Shown here in pieces: positions 14,783 through 27,500 of a stretch of DNA of 64,000 nt. The stretch lies in contig OZ316897.1 of assembly GCA_973895155.1 (NCBI GenBank), positions 16,441,938-16,505,937 on the forward strand, written 5' to 3'. The first letter of the stretch is position 1. Each line of letters starts with the position of its first letter. The notes under the pieces were generated by a model, which was not told where the DNA came from, did no database searches, and saw only the letters and a program-made list of their open reading frames with translations. This stretch comes from Marsupella aquatica. Taxonomy: Eukaryota > Plantae > Marchantiophyta. A program made the position numbers and the translations under genes.

Positions 14783-14833
14783 GGCCATGCAACTCATAGA
14801 TGAAATGGAACCTACCAGAAGAGGCCCATACAG

Positions 14834-14887
14834 TGGTGGTGTTGGACATATTGCATTCACTGGTGGTGTTGGACATATTGCATTCAC
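14834..14887 (+). repeat. Perfect 27-bp in-frame tandem duplication in ASA (GGVGHIAFT x2)
   Basis: TGGTGGTGTTGGACATATTGCATTCAC twice. Confidence 0.95.
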
Positions 14888-15459
14888 TGGAGAGATGGAT
14901 ATTGCTCTGGCTCTAAGGACCATGGTTTTCCCTACAGATCTTAACTTTGGGGGCAAGACCATGAGTTGCAAGGGTAGTGATAATCCCGAGGCTAGCAGTG
15001 AGAGGTTGGTGTATTTACAAGCTGGAGCAGGGGTCGTGGCTGACAGTGATCCAGCATCAGAGCATCAGGAATGTATCAACAAGGCTTCAGGGATGTCAAG
15101 AGCCATCGACCTAGCGGAATCTAATTACAAACTAACACAATGAACTATAACAGGAACTAAGGAAATCAGGAGTGATGACACTAATAGGCCAATTTCTTGG
15201 CGATTTCAATTTTTTCTCAGAGTATTTGCACACATACTCTTATCGATATAAAGCTCAACTTTAACATCCCTATTAATTTGAAGCTTCTTGATTTTAGTTT
15301 TGATGTTGACTTGGTAGGCTATCAATCCTAACTGGGTTGGTCTGGCTTGGCTCTCCCGTAGTAGCCCTTAGCTTACTTGCTCATTGTGCTAGGTTTGGTC
15401 AAAACAGGCAACAGGAAATAGCAGAAGTCAGAAATGATCAGTCATACTGATTACATTTG

Positions 15460-15787
15460 CAAGTCATATAAAAGTTTTGGTTTCTTTTTGTCCATATGAA
15501 AATTAAAAATATTCCTAAACATGTGGTGTTTTTTATTCAAATATTTTTAGAATTTTAATAGAAATATTAAAATGTTGGCTAGTTGATGTAGACCCCTGTT
15601 TATAAAAAAAGTCATATAATTTGGTTTTGTTCAACTTTTTATAAACATGTTTGGTTTATTTTAAGTTACATTTTTGGATTCTTTGAGTTGAGAGATACAA
15701 GAGACTAAAATGAAATCTAAAATGGTCAATTGGATATAAAAATATTATAATAAATTAAAAACTTGCCTTATAAAAAGGGCAGTTGCA
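15460..15787 (-). repeat. AT-rich dispersed repeat (inverted homolog of 27071-27430)
   Basis: Reverse-complement similarity to 27071-27430; an internally deleted derivative lies at 17391-17540. Confidence 0.7.
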
Positions 15788-15926
15788 TGTCCAGGAAAAA
15801 CCATAGATACATATGAACTTCAAAGCCTACATCTACAGCTATGCCAAAATGAATAGCTGCAAGCGCATAAAATTCATTTCGCTAAAGCAATTTCAACCAT
15901 GATCAATCCCTTCCAGGTCAACATTC

Positions 15927-16030
15927 ATTTTTGTAAGTAGTGCTCAAGAACACCAACATTAAACTAGGTAAAGTCCCACATATGGTAAGATACATTTAAT
16001 TTCGTACCCCGGGACGTGATAGTTTTGCTT
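15927..16030 (+). mobile_element. Fragment of the CACTA-type MITE family
   Basis: Similar to about 14675-14775 (TTTTGTAAGTAG...AAGAACACCAA...AAACTAGGTAAA). Confidence 0.65.
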
Positions 16031-17801
16031 TCCTCCTCTCAAAAAGGTGTAGAGTAAGAGAGGTAAGACAGCTAAAGGGACAAACACTACCCAACAATCG
16101 CCCAGACACCAATGAAAGCGCAACTTGGGCCAGGCTAAGCCTCACTGGTGTATTTTGAGATTCCTCATAGGTAATTTCTCGGAAATTTTCAAGCAGCTGA
16201 CAGAAGTGAACTAAGAATCAGATGGCCAGGTTAGAAGACTATATCCAAGTAGCTAACAGCTGGTGGGGCAATTCGAAATGGCTCTTCGATAATTTCTCAA
16301 TTCAATCATAATCATCATCAAATTAAGAAATCGGATTTATGGGTTGGAGGAGTTCTTCCATGTGGCAGCTAATGGGAGAATTACAGGCACCATCTGTATT
16401 TCAATGAAGGCAAGAGAGGTTGCATTTAAGTAATCTGGCACTGATATCTTACCTTATCTTGCCTGGTATTGTTAATGCTGACCATTGATCCATTACATCT
16501 GTATGTTGCCACCTGTTCTTGGCTGAAGGATGGTTTTTGCATCTCAGCAGTGGAAGCTTGAGTATTGAGCTTCGCCGTTCTAGGAGCAGGCTTTGATTCA
16601 CGCACATTAATTTGGCTGAGATTAGGCAATTACTTAAGTCTTGCTAAAACCTGCCTGCAAGTTTAGAAATCTGTTTCCCTAATTCAGAAAACAATTTGGC
16701 TTAAATACTTAGGAAACTGGTAGATCCGCTACCCATCATTACAAGCTTTGTCAATCCAACATGAGCTTCATAAGGGAGTTAACCTGGCTATAGAAAGGGT
16801 TTTCATTGTACCCCCGAGCTTGAGGGCTAGCTTTTTCACCTGCTAAGTTAATTGTGAAAGTCCGTACTGCTAACACCCTAGCTGGTAGGCCTATGAGTTT
16901 CTCCACACCTACAGTTGACTAAGAGCAATTAAGAATAACCAAGAATATCGGAGTTGACTAAGAATAAGGGAAACCTCCTTCAATATGCATCTCTTGGAGG
17001 TATTGACGAGGATCAGCCCGACCTCATGGCTTCATAATTTTTCTCGCTCAATGTCTACTTCTGCCTGAGCATTCTCGCAATTCATCTGTTGCGTGTTTCA
17101 GGATTCACTTGTTTGAGTAGAACGACTCCCTTTCGGTGCAATCATCACAGAAGTTGTGGGCAAATTTCAGAGGATAAGGCGTACAATGAGATGGCACCCG
17201 AGGATCTTTCAGTTGCAGCCACCACTGGGGACAGGAGTGAAGGAGTGGCCGGCGTGCAATTTTTTTTAAGAATAGTGGAGTGTATGCAGCTAGACCAAAG
17301 AAGAAACAGAAGGCAAAGAAGGTCATGCAGTCTTCCAACATTCATCTGTAATTTCATGCATTTACAGCTAGCATGGCCTCTTGGAAATTAACAGCTCCCC
17401 TTTTTATAAAACAAGTTTTTAATTACTTATAATGGTCTTATGAAAAAAATTTAAAAATTAAATGGAAAACCCAGGTTTCTTCAGACTCTAATAATTTTGT
17501 ATAGCCAATGTTTTAGTCCATATAAAAATGTAGACCCCTGCCTATTATACAAAAGCTAATAACTGATTAAATTAAGTACTCACAAAACTAATCAACTGGT
17601 CTCACATATTCACAAAGACTCTTAGTTATAAATGCTTAGCACATCGATCTTTCTCTCAATTGAGGAGACCCTTAGATGTAAATGCTTAGCACATCTTTCT
17701 CTCAATTGTGGAATGCACAAATTCTGTGTAACCCATCATTGAGACTTAATTACTTGAGGAATATTAATTAAATGGCACCTTGTAAAATTAGAGTGCATAA
17801 A

Positions 17802-17978
17802 CACAAGGCAAAACTGTCACGTTCCCAGGTAGGAATTAAATCAAATTTATCCTACTTTATGTGGGGCTTTTAACTAGTTACTATTGGTGTTCGTAGATCC
17901 TACTTACAAAAAGGACAACTTAGAGTATTTGTGTGTACCCCTTGTAGTAAGTGGGGTTTGTCAAATCTCTCGTGTTCA
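17802..17978 (-). mobile_element. Truncated terminal fragment of the CACTA-type MITE family
   Basis: Starts CACAAGGCAAAACTGTCACGT; reverse complement of about 14605-14782. Confidence 0.75.
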
Positions 17979-17998
17979 TGTGAGCATTTGTAAACATG

Positions 17999-18303
17999 TG
18001 TGCAGGGGGGTTATTAATTATTTGTCTCCAACTTGTCTCCAACTTCCCTACTTGGACCGCAGTTGGTAGACCTTAAGTGTATTACTGGGTCTCGGTTCTC
18101 CTGTTGAAATGAGTGGATATATACTCTTCCGCACAGGTATCAAATCTGGACCACCGTTGGTACACCTCGAGTTCACGGAACCCGCTCACTTGCCTGAGTC
18201 CTTGCTTCTGGGGTTTAATGAACAATGGAATTTCTCAGAGAAAAATTCGAGTTGACATGTAGGTAGAGTAGGATCAGGTGGTAATTAATAACCCCCCTGC
18301 ACA
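17999..18303. repeat. Perfect 22-bp inverted repeat pair (17999-18020 / 18282-18303)
   Basis: TGTGCAGGGGGGTTATTAATTA and its exact reverse complement. Confidence 0.9.
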
Positions 18304-19604
18304 ACCTTCACACTGGGAGAGGCGGAGCGTTTTGTTCCAACTTGAGCCAGAAGGTTTTGTCACCATGGGGCTTTTTTGACATCCTTCTTATTAGCAATTC
18401 TAACAAGGTCTGAGTTCCAATGCGACTAGGTGAGCTCAGCTGAAGTTGAACCCGGAAGTTGAAAACTGGTTGACAGTCTCTACAGAATATGCATGCATAA
18501 TATTTGAACTGTCTCAGGACTATCAAATCAGGGCCACAATATAGGCTGAATAGCAACCACTCGATTTACATCGATTCAAGAAGGGAGTTTGGAATCTTCC
18601 ATATTAGGGTTGTCAATCCCCTAGAAACCCTAAACATTGTAAAGCCCAAAAAGCATCAAAGACAGCAGATTTGTGGGTGATTGGCAAGTACATGTATAAA
18701 GATAATGAGCTGCGACATCTTAGATGTTGGCTAAGACTATATCTGACGACAATTCTGGCAGCAGCATCATGTGGGAGAGCAGCTCGATGGATTTCAATTC
18801 GTTATCAATTTTCATGCAAAATGACAAGGATTGACAGTCTCAACTTGGTTAAGGTAGTGCTTAACTTTCACCTTTCTCCGATCAAACCACATCTTAATCA
18901 GTCAGATTGCTTGCACAGAGCTTTACCTACACTAGCCAGTCTATTTGGACGGAGCTGTCCTCTCCGTGACTTTACTCCTACTAAGGAGTATACGCGGGTA
19001 AGAGGTTTACATGACTTGCGAAACGCAAAGTGCATTGAGGGCTATACTCGGTAATAGTTTCATGCAGTTTTCTAATGCAACTTCAACCGAATCCCATGAC
19101 CCGGAGTACTATTACATGTACATAATCATAGAAGTGTAATTATCGTGGGGATGTTTGTAACTGATACAGAAATTAAGTTCAAGTATCAGAACCACTGCTG
19201 GTATTGTTGTACTCAAAACCTAGTCATCTTCGGTTAATCATTTAGAAACGGCGCACAACTGAGAGCCAAGTGCTTACAGTACGAAAATCTCCCCAACCTT
19301 AAGCACTGAATCGAGACCCCTGAGGGCCAGAGAATCGCTGCAATCATGGAAAGTTCGCATGCAAGAAATGTTCGCTCTACTAAGCAGGTGTACTGATGAA
19401 ATACACTGACTTTCACATCAAGGAATACTTTTCGATTACCAAAATGCTGTACATATGTCGGGTCCAACAGAACAAGATGTTCTGATCCTTACGAAGAATG
19501 AACGCGCAAAATTTTTCGACAAAGCTTATAGAGCACACCCAAATGCTGCATGCTAAGTGCAGATACCAGCACCAGCGCTTGAGTACTACCGGGAGCCTCC
19601 TAGC

Positions 19605-20078
19605 CTACAGACTTTGTACAATAAACCGTTGCCGTGCAGTTTCGACACTAGCGGCGAACTTCGTAACTGCTTTTGTCCCCTGCGAGACTGCAAACTTACC
19701 AAGTTCACCAGGCAACACGAGCTTCACAGCCGTCTGGATCTCGCGCGATGCAATAGTTGGCTTCTTGTTGTACCAAGCCAAGAGTCTGGCCTCCCCTGCG
19801 ATCTTCTCGAAAGTGTCGGTGAGGAAGGAGTTCATGATGCTCATGGCCTTCACCGAAATACCCAACTCGGGATGAATCTGCTTCAGCACCTTGTAAACGC
19901 ATATTTTATAAGATTCCTGACTCTTCTTCCCTCTGCGCTTCTTCTTCCGTCCAGCTGCATCTACTCCACCTACCTCCTTCAATGCGGGATTCCTCTTCGC
20001 AGCCTTCGACCTGCCTCTACCCTTCTTCGCTCCCGCGTGTCCTTCAGTCACTACCACTGCCACATCCATGGGTGCCAT
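19605..20078 (-). CDS. H2B: Divergent histone H2B variant, copy 1 (157 aa, C-terminal extension)
   Basis: Histone fold [31 protein letters not shown]...[30 protein letters not shown]; first ATG at 20078. Confidence 0.9.
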   Translation of the reverse strand: MAPMDVAVVVTEGHAGAKKGRGRSKAAKRNPALKEVGGVDAAGRKKKRRGKKSQESYKICVYKVLKQIHPELGISVKAMSIMNSFLTDTFEKIAGEARLLAWYNKKPTIASREIQTAVKLVLPGELGKFAVSQGTKAVTKFAASVETARQRFIVQSL

Positions 20079-20402
20079 CTCTTCAAAGAAAGTTACAATG
20101 TCTCCTCTGAACCTGCGCGGAATTCTCCCCCAATATCTACAAAGAACTGACGCCCACAACGAATTGAGAGCTCAATTTGCCGCGAACGTCAACAACGAGA
20201 TAGACTCTTGCAACGAAAGAGTCTTGTTAGAGATAGACGCTAAGATGGGAGAACTGCGAAAACCACAAGGAGCTCGATAATCCTGAGGTGCAGTTCCAAA
20301 GGGACAGCAATGAACCGTGAAATGATAAACGCGAGAATGCTCAGGCAGAAGTCCACAGCAATGAGCGAGAGAAAATGTGAAGCATGAGATAGCGCTGATC
20401 CG

Positions 20403-20410
20403 CTTAAATA
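20403..20410 (-). promoter_or_regulatory. Putative TATA box (TATTTAAG) of H2B copy 1
   Basis: The same octamer is conserved upstream of all three H2B copies (also 33105-33112 and 48963-48970). Confidence 0.5.
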
Positions 20411-21199
20411 CCTCCCAAGAGCTAGATGGATCGGGAAGAAAGTTTCAACCCGAACCTGATTGGCTCTATGACAGGCGGTAGGTTTGGGTAAGCTTTTGGG
20501 CTGCTGATACCCGGAGCTGGCTCACAAGTACGTGAAGACACCTTTAGGTCTAGATAGCTAATTGGCTGGCTCACAAGTGACTACAACTTTAGGTCTAATT
20601 GGTAAATAGCATAATCATAAGGCCCCCGGTCTTCTTATTTGCAGACATTGGTTGCAAATAAATTTTGCAGAATGAAGGGATTAGCCTTACAACATTATGA
20701 TGATAAGAAAGTCTAATGACAATTGTCAAGCTCATAATCAACTTCTCTTTTCACAGACTAAACCCTAAGTAAACCTTCAGCACTGCCTTCAGATCCACCC
20801 GCAAGCTTCAAAACTCAAAATTGATGTTTTTTGGATGATTTGTTAGGTAAAGTCCATTATCTGATTTCTACAGATCCTAATCGTGGTCACTTCCACAGAA
20901 ATGGCATGGCATGTGCGGTCAAAATATAGGGTTATTCAAATGGTTTTGACACAACACTTATTAAGTTATCAGTTTATGGAAATATATGATTATTTAATCA
21001 CAAAATGCATGTGTCATCATGTGATTGGTGTTATACAACTTTATATAAAATGACTTAGGGGGGGTCATAAATGATCCAAGCCTTCACACCTGAGCCCTCA
21101 CCCCTAGCTTCACCCTCACATGATATATTGCCCTCAGTCTAAATATTGACCCCCCCATCATGGGCATTTATCTCTTTGACTTGCTTCTCATCCCACCTC

Positions 21200-22700
21200 T
21201 CATCCCACCTCTCATCCACTTTTAAATAACATCAAGTGGTGGGCCTAGCCACCCAGTGTCATCACTAATCCCGGCACCCACGCCTAAGTGCCCCTGGTGC
21301 CCAAACGCCTCCACGAAATACCTTGAGCAAGCAACCTGATGCCCCTTGCACCGCTTGCAGCCCCTCCCATACAAAGCTGCACTTGCCCTCTCTTAACAGT
21401 CCTCATTGTCTGCACAAGCAAACAAACGTCTTGGTAAGTAACCCCTTTCAGGATCTAGATCTTTGAAGTCTAGCATCCTAACTCAAGCTCAACACACGTT
21501 GGTAAGTAGGTCAGTGATAGGTCCTCCCGATGCCATAAGCCAAAACTAGAACCGACACCCACTGTTCGTCCAGAATAGCTTCTTCCTTGGGTGCAGCCCA
21601 GGTTCCCCCTTGTATATATTCATCACCAATTGACCTCCCTGCCCCCAAAACATGCTCATGGCTCAATAAGCATAGCTTGTCCTAAAGCTTGTCCTGACAC
21701 GCCGGGACAAGAATGGCACCGACTCCAACAACCAATTCCCAGTTCTCGCCCCACTAATAGTCTAGGGGCCAAGTGCCTTGGAACTTATCCTCCATGCCTA
21801 TTTGGCCTTGTCTTCCCAACGCAAGCTCCCTTGAGAGATTGAACGCGACTTGGTTGCTATTTTGACAAGATCTGGCAAGTGGGCAAGATAGCCCCTGCAA
21901 ACCCTGAGAACCTATGGCCCCCCTAGACCCAGCTGATCTCAAGAGAATGTAGCTCTCCTTGAGATCTTTTCAATGCACCCAAGAAGTCTTCCAACGGACT
22001 TCTCGTTTGGGAAGTTATCGCCATTTTTGTTTGGTTTTTTCCCTTAAAATTGCGACCACCGCGGCTCATGACTTCAGCTTGCGCTTAGCCCCCAGGGAGA
22101 CACCACTTCCCTCATATATGCTTCTGGAGACCTACCACCCCGGACCAACTTTGGTCCCCAAATTTGGCCCTCCACCTAGACCCCAACCCACATGTCTGGG
22201 CGCGCCACCAACTGGCAATGCCCATAACTTTCTAGTTAAGCGTTCGTTTGTAAATGGAGTGTCTTACCCCGTTGTGATTGGGCCAACCCAGTGCTCATGC
22301 CTAGGCCCTCAGATCTCATCGTCGCCTGGGACCCCTGATCAGCCAAACACAAATCGGGCCATAACTCATGCCCCAAGCATCCATTGCCCATGGAGTTAAG
22401 TCCATTGGCCTTGGGCCCAAGAAGAGCTCTCACTCAAGCCCTCAAAACTTAAAGTCCATCTGGGGATCCGGACGGTCGATCTTGAGCCTGGCCCTTTCCC
22501 CTTGACCCGACCAACCCTTGGCTAGTCTAAGTCCTTAGTGTGTCACCAGCTCAGCACTTTGCCTTTGCCAGTGCCACGCCCCATTGCCCGCAAGTCTCCC
22601 CATGCTAAGTCCTCCCTGGATGGCCATTCCGGGCCTGGACCATATGGGAGCTCGGTGTCGGAGTTAGCGACGCCAAAGCTGAGTGTTAAGGTAGTCAAGT
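21200..22700 (-). mobile_element. Degraded LINE ORF1 relic (DUF4283 / zinc-knuckle type)
   Basis: GC-richer block; broken minus-strand peptides IYKGEPGLHP and LFCLCRQ*G resemble WxPGFxP and the CxxCxxxGH knuckle. Confidence 0.45.
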
Positions 22701-22749
22701 TCTGTGACTCATCATCATGTTTTGACTAGCCCCATGTCTATGCTTTACA

Positions 22750-23260
22750 CGAAAGATGTCAAGGTGAGGAAAAGATGTCAAGGAGAGGCAAAGATGTGGA
22801 GGCAAAGGAAAGATGTCAAGGAGAGTCAATGATGTCAAGGAAAGGCAAAGATGTCAAGGAGAGGGCAAGATGTTGAGGAGAGGGCAGGATATCGAGGAGA
22901 GGCAAAGATGCTCAAATGAGAAAACTAAGATGTCAAGGTGAGAAAAAGATGCAATTATAAGGAAAAGATGTTGCCCAAGAGAAAAAAGATGTCAAGGTGA
23001 GATAAATATGTCAAGGTGAGAAAAACATGCGAGATGAGAAAAAGATAAGGTGTCAATGAAGGTAAGGAAAAGATCAAGGAAAATATGTCAAGCCAAGAGA
23101 GAAAAGACCTCGAGGAGAGAAAGAGATGTCAAGGAAAGAAAAGAAAAGATATCGAGAGTGAGAAAAAAATATTGTGGTGAGATAAAGATATCAATCTGAG
23201 AAAAAGGGATATATTGTGGTGAGAAAAAGATATCAAGGATTGACGAAGATGTTAAGGATC
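22750..23260 (+). repeat. Degenerate ~19-bp minisatellite (AAAGATGTCAAGG(T/A)GAG)
   Basis: Many tandem variants of AAGATGTCAAGG; strongly purine-skewed. Confidence 0.85.
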
Positions 23261-24354
23261 ATAGATAAATATATAAAGATTAGAACAATATTCAGGTGTT
23301 ACCCAATTGTTGGGCATATCTTAAAATGGCCACCTTCTTCTCCATGAAATAATTAATTTTTTGATAGGCAGGCTCAGGGCAATTTGGGCTGAAAGTTAAA
23401 ATAAAATTAGTGTATGGGTGGATCTCACAATGCTAAAAAGTTGTTTTGTGATCCTGGGCTAGGATTTGCTCCTTTGCGTTTCTCATTTTGGAAATAGACA
23501 AAAATTCTGGCAGAATAAAGCATTGTAGTGTTTTAGCCAATAAAGTTTTTACTTTACTTGTTTTCTTGGCCAAGTTTATATTTTGCTGGATTTTTGTCTG
23601 TACGTTGCTATATATTGTTCCCTTTATACTAAGTGAAAAGTGAAAGATAGAAAGGCAGAAAAACATATTGAATGTTTGTTTTTAAATCCAAGTATATGTA
23701 TTAATTTATTTTGCACTCATTGCATTCAAAGAGAATTTTGGGTATTAAATTGTCAAGGCCCATAATACTTGAATGACATGAAAAATGTTGTTGTGAGTCA
23801 AGCATGGAGAGCCACTCTACCCTCACCACAAAGGGCAAGAAAGGTACTATGTACCTTGGTTGTACCATCAAGCCTTTAATTTTTCAATGTACTTTTTGTT
23901 CTTTTGTCCTTTCAACATATGCCAGGACTCAGGAATACCAGGGTATTGATATGGAGGGCAAGGGCACATCAGGGGCAATACCTAGTGCAATGAAAGAGTC
24001 TCTGTATTGAGATTTCACGGTTGAAATAAAACATAGGCATGATCTAATGGCCAGAAATGTTTCCTGTCCATAATTCATTTTGTAAGAGGACAAAGGACAA
24101 AAATGGGCAGGATAGTCTATTATTGTTGTAGATGTCTTCAAGGTCATGGAGACCCTCTTGGCTTGTGAGCAAACTGGTGCTCGTAAACTCTCTTTCAGAA
24201 GTCCTTATCCCAACAACAACAGTCTGATAGTGGGAAACATAAAGTGTTCTTACTATGGCAAAATTTCTTCAACCCCTGGCCATCTTCAACTAGTATCTTT
24301 TGAGTGGTAGTTTAAACCCAGAGATTTTGGCCAATAGCTCAATTATACCCATGC

Positions 24355-25340
24355 GTTGATGTCGTGAAGAAAAAGATGTCGTGTCGCCCAAGATGTTGTT
24401 AAGCAAAAAAGATGTGGTGTTGCCCAAGATGTTGTTAAGGAAAAAATGTATCACCCAAGATGTCATGAAGAAAAAAAATGTCATGTTGCCCAAGGTTTGA
24501 TTAATTAATAAGATTGTGACACCCAAGACATTGTTCAGAGAAAAGGTGTTGTGACGCCCAATATGTCATAAATAAATGTTGTGTTGCCCAAGCTGTCATT
24601 AAGAAAAGCGATATTGTGTTGACCAGCCAAGATATGGCTAAAAATAAGTTGTGGCACCCAAGATGTTCTTAAGAAAAGAGATGTCATGTTGCAGCCCGAG
24701 ATCGATGTTCTTAAGAGAAAAGATGCCATTAAGACAAAAATTGCACAAAAGATGGCGTGGTGGGAAAAAGGTCAGATGTCAAGGTGAAAAAAGATGTCAA
24801 TGAGAAAAAGGAGGAAAAGAAGTTGAGGTGAAAACATGATGTTAAGGAGAGAAAACATGGCAAGGTTAGAAAAAGATGTAAAGACGAGGAAACGACATCG
24901 AGGAGAGAAAAGATGTTGAGGGTGATGGAAACATGTTGTAGTGAGATAAAAATGTCAAGGTGAAAACAATTTTGGGCCCTCACTCCAAGTAAAATTAGTG
25001 AACCCCCAGTGATCATGATGCTGTCCCTCTTACCCCTTGATGTTTGTGTTTTTATATAAAAAGTAATCTTGTTAGTTCAAAATCTATCCAAAAATCTATA
25101 AAAACCTTCAAGCATTCGCACGTACTCCGCATACCAGTTAAGACTGAGGGCCCAAGGGAGAAAAAAATCAGGTGTTGAGGTGAGAAAAGATGTGGAGGTG
25201 AGGAAAATATGTCAAGTCACATGAGACAAGATGTTAAGGAGGGAAACAAATATCAAGGTTAATTAGGACACAAAAGATGTAAAGGGTGAGAAAAAATGGT
25301 TGTGGTGAGATAAAGATGTCAATATAAAAAAGGAGGAGAT
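24355..25340 (+). repeat. Related minisatellite blocks (~38-bp GTTGCCCAAGATGT units, then AAGATGTCAAGG units)
   Basis: Repeated CCCAAGATGT and AAAGATGT cores, interrupted at about 24970-25157 by a short GGGCCCT-ended insert. Confidence 0.75.
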
Positions 25341-25730
25341 GAGAAAAATATATCAAGGCAAGGTAAAGTTCTTGTGGTGGTGTTCAACAACCCGTGTATT
25401 GCACATAGAAATTGGAGACACGAGATAACGGTCACCGCAACATAGAGTCTCAGCACAACCGAGTGATGACAAAAATTGTGTTTGTTTATCTTAATTTTTT
25501 AGAGAAATAGATACTTTATTTATACTCAAGTTGTTTGAAAATTTAAAGCTTATATCCAATTCTTTAAATCTTGGACAGGTTTGGGTAAGTATGGGTAGCT
25601 TGGGCAGGGGTAATTGACATTAAAAGGGGTATGGATGGATCCAACGGCTCCAGATAAAAAAATATTTAATAAAGGGCTAGGATTGGTTCCCATTTTTTCT
25701 TGAATTTGTAAATGTACTTTTCTAGAGTAT

Positions 25731-26133
25731 TGTTGAGCATAGACGACGATCGTAACGGCAAGCCCATGAGCCATCCAATGCACAATAGTCGACACAAGAG
25801 ATACGTGGTTCACCTCCTTGAGGCTACGTCCACGGGAACACACAAGAGAGCTTTACTGAACTCTAAGCCCGTCGGCTATACCGAGTCTCCACAGTGTAAG
25901 CTCTCCCTATCTCTCAAGTGGCTCCATAACAATGAGCCTTGGTTCTACCTCTCCAAGCACACATGCCTCTTATGATATAGTGTGCAACTTAGTTGTACCT
26001 AACCACGTAGTTGTACCTAACCACATAGTTGTACCTAATCACGTAGTTGGACCTAACCACGTAGTTGTACCAACCCACGTTGTTGTACCAACCACGTCAT
26101 ACCTAACCTAGACGTAAGAGTAAATACCCAACA
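25731..26133 (-). mobile_element. Solo LTR (Copia-like) with internal 18-bp tandem array
   Basis: TGTTG...CAACA; flanks AGTAT/AATAT (4 of 5 match); ACGTGGTTCACC...GGCTACGTCCA motif shared with 44606-44910 and 58012-58370; about 6 copies of TAGTTGTACCTAACCACG at 25990-26110. Confidence 0.75.
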
Positions 26134-27070
26134 AATATATGGTGTTATAGTGACTTCTCTCCTCCTTGTACCAAATTAATAAGGTAAATTGTGTTTGACT
26201 TCATTCAACTAATTTTTTCTCACTAATTAATTAATATATTTTTCTTGTAAATCCTTGATGGTAAAGTGAGGCTTGACTCTTGTGCATGTAACATGGTTAG
26301 TTCCATTCTTTGTCTTTTGTCTCCACCATTCATTCGTTTTTTTATTATCTTTTACAAAGAGGTCTCATGTTTCAGAAAATGCCCCCTGACATACTAGTGC
26401 CTCATGCACATAAATATCATTTTCTTTATAATTGGGTTTAATAAAGGACTTCTAGATTTTTCTCAAAAATATTTATTTAACACTTTTTAGATTGGATTTT
26501 GAGAATTATAACCCAAATTATAAGAAAAGATGGGGATTATAATCCAAAAATTCTTCGTATAGTTTAAAGAGATAGCAAGCAAAAAATTTAATTATTGTTC
26601 AAAATGGTTTATTCCCATAAATGTTACAAAATAGATGAGATCCCCCTTCCAGTGGGAACCCTAGGATCTTGAGTGATTGTGATGCCTAGCCAGGAATCAC
26701 TAGCAAGGGCATTCAAGGTTAAAACCTTGTTCTACATACTAGTTTAAATAAGTTACTAGGAGAATTAAAAGGGGGAAAAACTTAAACAATTGAGTGTAAC
26801 CAGGGGAACAAGGTGAGGGCGCATTGACAACAGCTTTGGGTACGATTAGGGTTAGGGCACATTAGGCACCATCAGCAACAAATGAATTGACCTTGAATGC
26901 ACAACAGGCAGAAGGGGGTAAGGACTGTTCACCAAGGTTGGCGACTCATTCTTGACTATGTCTGATGATCGTCTTCCGAGCAAATGCAACCAGCCAAACT
27001 GTCAGCAGATTCGGGAAGCACAGCGGCCGGGGTAGAAGCAACTCGAGAAGCAAGCATTGACACACGGGTA

Positions 27071-27500
27071 TGCAACTCCACTTTTTATAAGACAAGTTTT
27101 TAATTCCTTATAGTGGTCTTATATCCAATTGACCATCTTAGATTTCATTTTATTCTACTAAAGTCTTGTACCTCTTAATTCAAGGAATCCAAAAATGTAA
27201 CTTAAAAAAAAACTAAACATGTTTGGATGTATAAAATGCTGCCTGATCAAAAGCAAATTATATAGCTTTTTTTAATACAGGGGTCTACAGCCAAACTAGC
27301 AGCCATATTTTTAGGATTTTTATTAAAATTTTAAAAATCTTTTAATAAAAATTACAAGATGTCTAGGAATATGTTTTTATTTCATTTGGAAAAAGATGAA
27401 AAACAAACCTTTTAATTTTATGACTTGAAAAAAAACATTAAGTGGAAAACCAAGATTTTTCCAGATTTAAATTATTTTAATAAGCCAACCTTTTAGTCGA
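27071..27500 (+). repeat. AT-rich dispersed repeat (family of 15460-15787 and 17391-17540)
   Basis: Shared start CTCC(A/C)CTTTTTATAA and internal GGGGTCTACA. Confidence 0.7.

Larger units (their letters stand above)
10672..15143 (+). pseudogene. ASA: Anthranilate synthase alpha subunit (component I), 10 visible coding exons, last exon disrupted by a MITE
   Basis: Exons 10672-10850, 11190-11379, 11645-11796, 12050-12162, 12334-12580, 12985-13041, 13200-13352, 13500-13580, 13869-13955, 14191-14198+14786-15143, all GT-AG and in phase. Motifs [95 protein letters not shown]. Transit-peptide exon not identified. Confidence 0.9.

Noticed and set aside
14787-15143. Independent 118-aa gene
   Set aside because: It is the remainder of the last ASA exon after the MITE.
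19498-20150. Long plus-strand ORFs opposite the H2B genes (also near 32340-33003 and 48179-48847)
   Set aside because: Antisense shadows of GC-rich histone coding sequence; no independent motifs.
20079-20159. N-terminal extensions of H2B copies 1 and 2 in the ORF track (MWASVL/MWVSVL)
   Set aside because: They start at non-ATG codons and the frame is not called in copy 3; treated as 5' UTR or intron.
25990-26110. CRISPR-like array (also the 22750-25340 repeats)
   Set aside because: Head-to-tail repeats without unique spacers, no cas genes, eukaryotic context.
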